Part shown: piece after piece, positions 57,208 through 64,000 of the stretch
Layout of the letters: every line of letters begins with the position of its first letter
Position numbering within the stretch: the stretch's first letter is position 1
Notes under the pieces: model-generated
Told to the model about the DNA's origin: nothing
The model's database searches: none
The model's input: only the letters and a program-made list of their open reading frames with translations
NCBI GenBank assembly: GCA_963700145.1
Contig: OY969474.1
Location: 864,001 to 928,000 of the forward strand
Origin: an uncultured Acidobacteriota bacterium
GTDB taxonomy: Bacteria > Acidobacteriota > Thermoanaerobaculia > Multivoradales > UBA5704
DNA length: 64,000 nucleotides
Reading direction: 5' to 3'
Program-made: the position numbers and the translations under genes

Positions 57208-58785
57208 ATGCTGGATCTCCTTCTCGGCTCCACTTTGACCCGCTTGGTCTTCTTCCCGGCCGCCGCCTGTCTGCCGCTCCTCTTCATCCCCCGCGGGTCG
57301 CAGAAGGCGGTCAAGTGGTACACACTGGTCGTCTCGCTCGTCGAGCTGGCCTTCGCGATCGACCTCGCGGCGCGCGCCGACTGGGGGGCGCGCGTGCTGC
57401 GCGACCTCGGGGCCGGCGGCGAGCCGATCGCCTGGGTGCCGCGCTTCGGCATCGCCTACGACCTGCGCATGGACGGCATCTCGACGCCGCTGGCGCTCCT
57501 CGGCGTGGCGCTCCTGCCCGCCGTCGTGCTCGGCTCCTGGCGCGGCATCGAGCGGCACTGGCGGCTCTTCGCGGCGGCGCTTTTCCTGCTCACCACCGGC
57601 GTCCTCGGCACCCTCTTCGCCTGGGACATGTTCCTCTTCTACGTCTTCTGGGAAGTGATGCTGGTGCCGATGTACCTGCTGATCGGTATCTGGGGGGGCG
57701 AGCGGCGGATCTACGCCGCGGTCAAGTTCTTTCTCTTCACCATGGCCGGCAGCCTCTTGATGCTGGTGGCGATCCTGTGGATGGCCTGGACCTACCACGG
57801 CCTGAGCGGCACCTGGAGCTTCGCCTACGCCGACTGGCTGCGCCTCGACCTGCCGCTGCCGGCGCAGCTCTGGCTCTTCGGCGCCTTCGGCCTCGCCTTC
57901 GCCATCAAGGTGCCGATGTTCCCGCTCCACACCTGGCTGCCGGACGCGCACGTCGAGGCGCCGACCGGCGGCTCGGTGCTGCTCGCCGGCATCCTCTTGA
58001 AGCTCGGCACCTACGGCTTCCTCCGCTTCGCGCTGCCGCTCTTCCCCGCCGCCAGCACAGAGCTCCAGCCGCTGATCGTCGGGCTGGCGCTGGTCGGCAT
58101 CCTCTACGGTGCGCTGGTGGCCTGGGTGCAGGTGGACATGAAGAAGCTGGTCGCCTACTCCTCGATCGCGCATTTGGGCTTCGTCATGCTCGGGCTCGCG
58201 GCGGCCGACCTCCTGGCCTGGCAGGGCGCGCTCCTGCAGATGGTCAACCACGGCCTCTCGACCGGGGCCCTCTTCCTCCTCGTCGGCATGCTCTACGACC
58301 GCCGGCACACCAAGCAGTTCGCGGACTTTGGCGGCCTCGCCAAGGTGATGCCGCTCTTCGCCTTCTTCCTGGTCTTCTCCGCGCTCGCCTCGGTGGGGCT
58401 GCCGGCGCTCAACGGCTTCGTCGGCGAGTTCCTGATCTTGGCCGGCAGCTACCGGGCGCTGGGCTGGCCGGCGGTGGCGGCGGCGTTCGGCGTCGTGCTG
58501 GCGGCCGTCTACCTCTTCAAGATGCTCGACCGCACTCTCTGGGGGCCGCTCGAGCGCGAGGAGAACCGCGGCCTGCGCGACCTCACGCCGCGCGAGGTGG
58601 CGGCGCTCCTGCCGCTCTGTGTGCTGATGCTCTGGATCGGCGTCGCGCCGCGCTTCTTCCTCGACCCCAGCAAGCCGGCGCTCGAGGAGACCTTGGCGGC
58701 CTACCAGGCGCGCGCCGCGGCGCCGGCGCCCGACGAGCCGGCGCTGCGCGAGCCGGTGCAGACGGTGCAGGAGGCCGCGCGGTGA
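57208..58785 (+). CDS. nuoM: NADH-quinone oxidoreductase subunit M
   Basis: DGIS, FYVFWE...PMY, KVPMFPLHTWLPDAHVEAPT and QMVNHG. Start is ATG 57208 or GTG 57199. Confidence 0.97.
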   Translation: MLDLLLGSTLTRLVFFPAAACLPLLFIPRGSQKAVKWYTLVVSLVELAFAIDLAARADWGARVLRDLGAGGEPIAWVPRFGIAYDLRMDGISTPLALLGVALLPAVVLGSWRGIERHWRLFAAALFLLTTGVLGTLFAWDMFLFYVFWEVMLVPMYLLIGIWGGERRIYAAVKFFLFTMAGSLLMLVAILWMAWTYHGLSGTWSFAYADWLRLDLPLPAQLWLFGAFGLAFAIKVPMFPLHTWLPDAHVEAPTGGSVLLAGILLKLGTYGFLRFALPLFPAASTELQPLIVGLALVGILYGALVAWVQVDMKKLVAYSSIAHLGFVMLGLAAADLLAWQGALLQMVNHGLSTGALFLLVGMLYDRRHTKQFADFGGLAKVMPLFAFFLVFSALASVGLPALNGFVGEFLILAGSYRALGWPAVAAAFGVVLAAVYLFKMLDRTLWGPLEREENRGLRDLTPREVAALLPLCVLMLWIGVAPRFFLDPSKPALEETLAAYQARAAAPAPDEPALREPVQTVQEAAR

Positions 58786-60215
58786 CGGCGCAGCAGTGGT
58801 CGGCGCTGGTCCCCGAGCTGGTGCTCTGCGCCGGCGGCATCGTGATCCTGCTGCTCGACGCCTTCCTCCCCGGCCTGCGCCGCGCCTGGACCCCGGCCGC
58901 CCTCGCCACGACCGGCGCCGCCGGCTGGGCGGCTTGGGCGCGGCTCCCCTACGGCGCGAGCTTCGACGGGCTCCTGGAGGCGAGCCCGATCACCCTCGGC
59001 TTCTCGCTCGTCGTGCTGGTGGCGACGGCGCTCGCGCTCCTCGCCTCCGACGGCTACCTGCGGCGCGAGCGCATCCTCGCCGGCGAGTACCACGCCCTGC
59101 TCCTCTGGTGCGCCGCGGGGCTGCTGCTCATGCTGCGTGCCACCGAGCTCTTGACCCTCTTCCTGGCGCTCGAGACCCTCTCGCTCTGCCTCTACGCCCT
59201 CGCCGCCTACCACCGGCGGCTGGAGATCGGCACCGAGGGGGCGATCAAGTACTTCCTGATGGGGGCCTTCGTCAGCGCCTTCGTGCTCTTCGGGCTGGCG
59301 CTGCTCTACGGCGAGACCGGCACGACGCGCCTCGAAGGGATCGGCGCGGCGGTGCAGGCGGCGCAGGGGCCGTCGCTGGTGGCGAGCCTCGGGTTCCTCC
59401 TGCTCCTCGCCGGCTTCGGCTTCAAAATGAGCGTCGTCCCCTTCCATGCCTGGTCGCCCGACACCTATCAGGGCGCGCCGTCGCCTTTCGTCGGCTTCCT
59501 CTCAGTGGCGCCGAAGGTGGCGAGCGCGCTGGTCCTCTTCCGCATCCTGCAGGCGGCGGTGGCCGGCGGCGACGACGCCAAGTGGGCGGAGCTGGTGGGC
59601 ATCCTGGCGGTGCTCTCGATGGTGGCCGGGAATCTCCTCGCCCTGGTGCAGCGCGACATCAAGCGCATGCTCGCCTACTCCGGGATCGCCCACATGGGCT
59701 ACCTGCTGCTGGCGCTGGTGACACTGGACCGCGCCTCGCTGGCGCCGGTCCTGGTTTATCTCCTGGCCTACGCGCTGATGAACGCCGGCGCCTTCACCGT
59801 CGTTTCCCTCCTCTACTCGCGGCCCGGCGAGCAGCACCTGATCGCCGAGCTCTCGGGCTGGGGCTACCGCTTCCCGCTCCTCGGCGCCTGCCTGACCGTC
59901 TCGATGCTCTCGCTCGCCGGCCTGCCGCCGACCGTCGGCTTCCTCGGCAAGTACCTGGTCTTCCTCAACGCCGTCGGCGACGGCTTCGTGGGGCTGGCGG
60001 TGGTCGGCGTCCTCGCCAGCCTGGTGGGCGTCGTCTACTACCTGCGCGTCGTCTACGTCCTCTACATGAAGCCCGAGACCCGCCAGCCGGAGGGGCTGCT
60101 GCTCGACGGCTGGGGGCGGGCGGCGGCGGTGCTCGCCGCGATCGCCACGCTGGTGCTCGGGCTCTGGCCCTCCGGGCTCATCGAGTGGACGCTCCAGGCG
60201 ACGCTGCCGCGCTGA
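58782..60215 (+). CDS. nuoN: NADH-quinone oxidoreductase subunit N
   Basis: E...KYFLMG, FK...VPFH.W.PD.YQGAP, KRMLAYS and SLAGLPP..GF.GK. Confidence 0.96.
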   Translation: MTAQQWSALVPELVLCAGGIVILLLDAFLPGLRRAWTPAALATTGAAGWAAWARLPYGASFDGLLEASPITLGFSLVVLVATALALLASDGYLRRERILAGEYHALLLWCAAGLLLMLRATELLTLFLALETLSLCLYALAAYHRRLEIGTEGAIKYFLMGAFVSAFVLFGLALLYGETGTTRLEGIGAAVQAAQGPSLVASLGFLLLLAGFGFKMSVVPFHAWSPDTYQGAPSPFVGFLSVAPKVASALVLFRILQAAVAGGDDAKWAELVGILAVLSMVAGNLLALVQRDIKRMLAYSGIAHMGYLLLALVTLDRASLAPVLVYLLAYALMNAGAFTVVSLLYSRPGEQHLIAELSGWGYRFPLLGACLTVSMLSLAGLPPTVGFLGKYLVFLNAVGDGFVGLAVVGVLASLVGVVYYLRVVYVLYMKPETRQPEGLLLDGWGRAAAVLAAIATLVLGLWPSGLIEWTLQATLPR

Positions 60216-60242
60216 GGGCCGGCCGATAGGCGGCAGACGCTG

Positions 60243-60866
60243 ATGAGCGTGCCGGAAGAGGTCTCGCCGCTCACCCTCAACCGGCTCTCGGTCTACCTCC
60301 GCTGCCTCAGCCACCTGCAGGAGCTGGGGACCCGGCGGATCTCCTCGCAGGAGCTGGCGCGCCGCTACCACCTCTCGGCGGCGCAGATCCGCAAGGACCT
60401 GGCGCAGTTCGGCGAGTTCGGCATCCGCGGCGTCGGCTATGAGGTGGACACGCTGGCGGCGCACCTCAACGCGCTGCTCGGATTGGACCGCCGGCATCCG
60501 ATCGTGATCGTCGGCATGGGCAACCTGGGGAGTGCCCTGGCGCGCTCCCTCGGCTTCAACTCCGGGGCGTTCGAGGTGGTTGCAGGGGTGGACACCGACC
60601 CCAAGGTCGTCGGCCGCCGTCTCAGCGGCCTCGTCGTGCGCCCCGTCGGCGAGCTGCGCGAGATCGTCCGCGAGACCCGCGCCGAGATCGGCGTCCTCGC
60701 CGTGCCAGCCGGCGCCGCGCAGGAGAACTACGACGCCCTGGCCGACGCCGGCGTCCGCGCCGTCCTCAACTTCGCCCCCGAGCGCGTGAAGCCGCGGGCG
60801 GGGGTGCAGCTCAAGGACGTTGATCTGCGGATCGATCTGGAGGAGCTGGCGTTTTTCCTGCGGTGA
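60243..60866 (+). CDS. rex: Redox-sensing transcriptional repressor Rex
   Basis: RL..Y.R.L, ISSQELA, QIRKDL..FG..G.RG.GY, G.GNLG.AL and LNFAP. Confidence 0.95.
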   Translation: MSVPEEVSPLTLNRLSVYLRCLSHLQELGTRRISSQELARRYHLSAAQIRKDLAQFGEFGIRGVGYEVDTLAAHLNALLGLDRRHPIVIVGMGNLGSALARSLGFNSGAFEVVAGVDTDPKVVGRRLSGLVVRPVGELREIVRETRAEIGVLAVPAGAAQENYDALADAGVRAVLNFAPERVKPRAGVQLKDVDLRIDLEELAFFLR

Positions 60867-60882
60867 GAAGCGTCGAGCTTCC

Positions 60883-62726
60883 TCAAGCGTTCTCGAGTCG
60901 GAGGAAGTGAACTCGGCCGAGACCGTCGCCCGCAACGATGGTGAGCCCGTCGGGCGCGACAGCGCAGGCAAGGGCAGCACCCTCTGCCGTAAAGGTGGCA
61001 ACCACCACGCCAGTCGCAAGGTCCCAGACCTTAACTGTCTTGTCCCGAGAGGCCGACACCGCCCGCTCACCGTCCGGTGTCACGGCGACGCCCGTGACCG
61101 AATCCTCGTGGCCTGCGAGAGTGTGCAGCACCGCACCGGTCGTGAGGTCCCAGACCTTCAGAGTCTTGTCCCAAGAGGCTGACACCGCCCGCTTGCCATC
61201 CAGCGTGATGGCAACGCCGTCCACCGGGCCTGCATGGCCTGTGAGAGTGTGCAGCACCGCACCGGTCGTGAGGTCGCAGACCTTGAGAGTCCTGTCCCAA
61301 GAGGCTGACACCGCCCGCTTGCCATCCAGCGTGACGGCAACGCCGTCCACCGGGCCTGCATGGCCTGCGAAGGTGTGTAGCACCGCACCAGTCACGAGGT
61401 TCCAAACCTTGAGGGTCTTGCCCGCCGAGACCGACACCGCCCGCTTGCCGTCCGGCGTCACAGCAACGCTGTTGACCGAACTCCTATGGCCTTCGAGAGT
61501 GGCCAGTACCGCGCCGGTCGCGAGGTTCCAAACCTTAAGGGTGTTGTCCTGAGAGGCTGACACCGCCCGCTTGCCGTCCGGCGTCACAGCAACGCTGTTG
61601 ACCCAACTCCCATGGCCTTCGAGAGTGGCCAGTACCGCACCGGTCGCGAGGTTCCAAACCTTAAGGGTGTTGTCCTGAGAGGCCGACACCGCCCGCTTGC
61701 CGTCCGGCGTCACGGCAACGCAGGCCACCCAGCGCTCATGGCCTTCGAGAGTTTGCAACACCGCACCGGTCGCGAGATCCCAGACCTTGAGGGCGTTGTC
61801 TCGGGACGCCGACACCGCCCGCTTGCCGTCCGGCGTCACGGTAATGCCGGTGACCGAGCCCGCATGGCCTGTAAAGGCGTATGGCAACGCACCGGTCGCC
61901 AAGTCCCAGACCTTGAGCGTGCTGTCCTCCGAAGCTGACACCGCCTGCTTGCCGTCCGGCGTTACGGCAACGCCGTTGACCCAATTCGCATGCCCTTCGA
62001 GAGTTTGCAACACCGCGCCGGTAGCGAGGTCCCAAACTTTGAGGGTCTTGTCCCGAGAGGTCGACACTGCCTGCCTGCCGTCTGGCGTCACGGCAACGCT
62101 TTGGACCGAACCTGTATGGCCTTTCAAAGTCTGCACGACTGTGCCGGTCGCGAGATCCCAGACTTTGAGGGTTCTGTCCCGAGAGGCTGACACCGCCCGC
62201 TTGCCATCCGGAGCCAAGGCAACGCCGTTGACTGCGCGCACATGGCCTACGAGAGTCTGCGGCACCGCACTGCTCCAGACCATGAGCGTCATGTCCGAGG
62301 AGGCCGACACCGCCCCCTTACCATCCGGCGTCACGGCAACGCCGGTAACCGAGTCCGTATGGCCTGCGAGGGTGTGCACCACCGTGCCAGCCGCCAGGTT
62401 CCAGATCTTGAGGGTCTTGTCCCGAGAGGCCGATACTGCGCGTTTGCCGTCCGGCGTGATGGCAACACCGTTAACCCATTTCGTATGAGCGTTGAGGGTG
62501 TGCAACACGGCGCCGGTTGCGAAATCCCAAACCTTGAGGGTGTCGTCCCCCGAGGCAGACACCAGCCGCTTGCCGTCAGGCGTCACCGCAACGCCAACAA
62601 CAGTCTCCGCATGGCCTGCTAGGGTATGTAGCACCACGCCGGTCCCCAAGTCCCAAACCTTGAGGGTCTTGTCCCCCGAGGCCGAAACCGCCCGTTTGCC
62701 GTCAGGCATCACAGCAACATCGTTGA
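60883..62726 (-). pseudogene. C-terminal WD40-repeat portion (14 near-identical repeats + 1 degenerate) of a probable STAND/NB-ARC-WD40 gene, truncated by IS insertion
   Basis: The 42-aa unit GH...V..VAVTPDGKRAVSAS.D.TLKVWDL breaks off mid-unit at about 62726. No native start or N-terminal domain is in the window. Confidence 0.8.
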
Positions 62727-64000
62727 GGGGTTGTCCCTCCCGCTGTTGAAAGAGCAATGAGGTGAAGGCGGCTCCTCGGCCCACCTGATCGAGAATCGGG
62801 TTGGTCGAATAACCGGCCCCGCCAGGGGGCCAAGGAGCCGTGATGAAGACGAGAGCAGAAAGGCGGGTGGTGTGGCAAGGGGGCCGTGCGGCGCGCATCA
62901 GCCACGGGCTACAAGCGCTGCTGCGGCCGATGGTCGAGGGCATCGAGGCCAGCCGCCAGGGGCTGCTGGAGCTGTTTCACGCCGCGGGCGTCGAGGCCCT
63001 GGGGCGGCAGCTCGCGGACGAGGTCGAGGCCGTCGTCGGTCCGAAGCGTCGGCGCAATCCGACCCGCGAGGCGTACCGCTGGGGCTCGACGGCGAGCGAG
63101 TTCGTGCTGGGTGGCCGCCAGGTGGCGCTGCCGCGACCGCGCGTCCGGCGACGCGACGGTGGCGAGATGAGCTTGCCTTCGGTGCGCGCCTTTCAGGACG
63201 AAGATCCCTTCACGGAGCGGGTGATCGAGCAGGCGCTGGTCGGCGTCTCGCAGCGCCGCTACGGTCGGAGCTTGGAGCCGCTCGCAGAGTCGGTGCCGGA
63301 GCGCGCGACGAGCAAGAGTGCGGTCCAGCGCCGGCTGGTGGCGGGGACGCGTCGTCTGCTGGGCGCGTGGCTGCGCCGAGACCTGTCGGACTTCCAGCCC
63401 CTGATCCTGATGATCGACGGGCTGGAGGTGGCCGGCCACACCCTGGTGGTGGCACTCGGCATCGCGCGCGACGGGACCAAGCGGGTGCTCGGCCTGCGTG
63501 AAGGCGCGACGGAGAACGCGGCGCTCTGTACCGGCCTGCTCCAGGAGCTGTTGGAGCGAGGCCTCGCGATGCCGCCGCGCTTCTTGGCGGTGCTCGACGG
63601 CGGCAAGGGGCTGCGCAAGGCCGTGCGCGCCGTCTTCGGGGACGCAACCCACGTCCAGCGCTGCCAGCTCCACAAGCGCCGCAACGTCCGCGACCACCTG
63701 CCCAAGCAGCTCCAAGCCCGGGTCGACCGCCTGATGGTCGAGGCCTACCAGAGCGCTCGCTTCGACCTCGCCAAGCGTCGCCTCGAGCAGCTTGCCCGCT
63801 GGCTCGAGCACGCAGGCCACGCGGGCGCCGCGGGCAGCCTGCGCGAGGGCCTCGACGAGACCCTCACCGCCTTGCGGCTGAAGCTGCCCGACGCTCTGCG
63901 CCGGTTGCTCGCCTCGACCAACGCGATCGAGAACACGATCGGCTCGATCCGTACGACGACGCGCAACGTCAAGCGCTGGCGCGGCGGCGACATGGTGCTG
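62727..64000 (+). mobile_element. IS256-family insertion sequence (left end and most of transposase; runs off the window)
   Basis: Abrupt end of the WD40 periodicity at GGGGTTGTCCCTCCCGCTGTTGAA, followed by the transposase ORF. Left boundary is uncertain by about 2 nt. Confidence 0.85.
62843..64000 (+). CDS. IS256-family (mutator-type DDE) transposase, partial
   Basis: Translated by hand; absent from the ORF track because there is no stop in the window. AAGGAG SD, GVSQRRY, LMIDG, VLDGGKGLRKAV, QRCQLHKRRNV, STNAIE and RNVKRW. Confidence 0.92.
   Translation, partial: MKTRAERRVVWQGGRAARISHGLQALLRPMVEGIEASRQGLLELFHAAGVEALGRQLADEVEAVVGPKRRRNPTREAYRWGSTASEFVLGGRQVALPRPRVRRRDGGEMSLPSVRAFQDEDPFTERVIEQALVGVSQRRYGRSLEPLAESVPERATSKSAVQRRLVAGTRRLLGAWLRRDLSDFQPLILMIDGLEVAGHTLVVALGIARDGTKRVLGLREGATENAALCTGLLQELLERGLAMPPRFLAVLDGGKGLRKAVRAVFGDATHVQRCQLHKRRNVRDHLPKQLQARVDRLMVEAYQSARFDLAKRRLEQLARWLEHAGHAGAAGSLREGLDETLTALRLKLPDALRRLLASTNAIENTIGSIRTTTRNVKRWRGGDMVL

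Noticed and set aside
62727-62943. Native N-terminus of the 686-aa WD40 ORF
   Set aside because: This sequence belongs to the IS256 left end and the antisense of the transposase start.

Overview
This is a high-GC bacterial chromosomal window. The ADOP-type permease, TM-anchored CHAT protein and gene style suggest Acidobacteriota, probably Thermoanaerobaculia-like (inference). Housekeeping anchors are coxM/coxS-like genes, an acyl-CoA synthetase, IHF/HU-merR-tRNA-Pro(GGG), der, tRNA-Leu(CAG), and a complex I operon nuoA-E-F-G-H-J-K-L-M-N followed by rex. That operon lacks nuoB/C/D/I and carries a Rex box and a probable CTG start. The most notable accessory items are: (1) a candidate outer-membrane beta-barrel selenoprotein (7276-8355), with an in-frame TGA three residues after the signal peptide, a SECIS-like hairpin and a sigma54-type promoter; (2) a minus-strand block of two giant uncharacterised proteins, an alpha/beta-hydrolase (phospholipase-like) and a caspase-STAND NTPase-TPR protein, resembling a protease-activated defence or cell-death module; (3) a lower-GC SRPBCC / HemN-like radical SAM / ABC1 kinase / HxxxDG acyltransferase cluster; (4) a CHAT protease plus unknown partner next to tRNA-Leu; and (5) a WD40-repeat gene cut by an IS256-family element. 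The window also has two toxin-antitoxin pairs, a REP-like palindrome and a degenerate 21-bp repeat tract. No CRISPR array or rRNA was seen. All product calls come from motif recognition by eye; no database searches were run.
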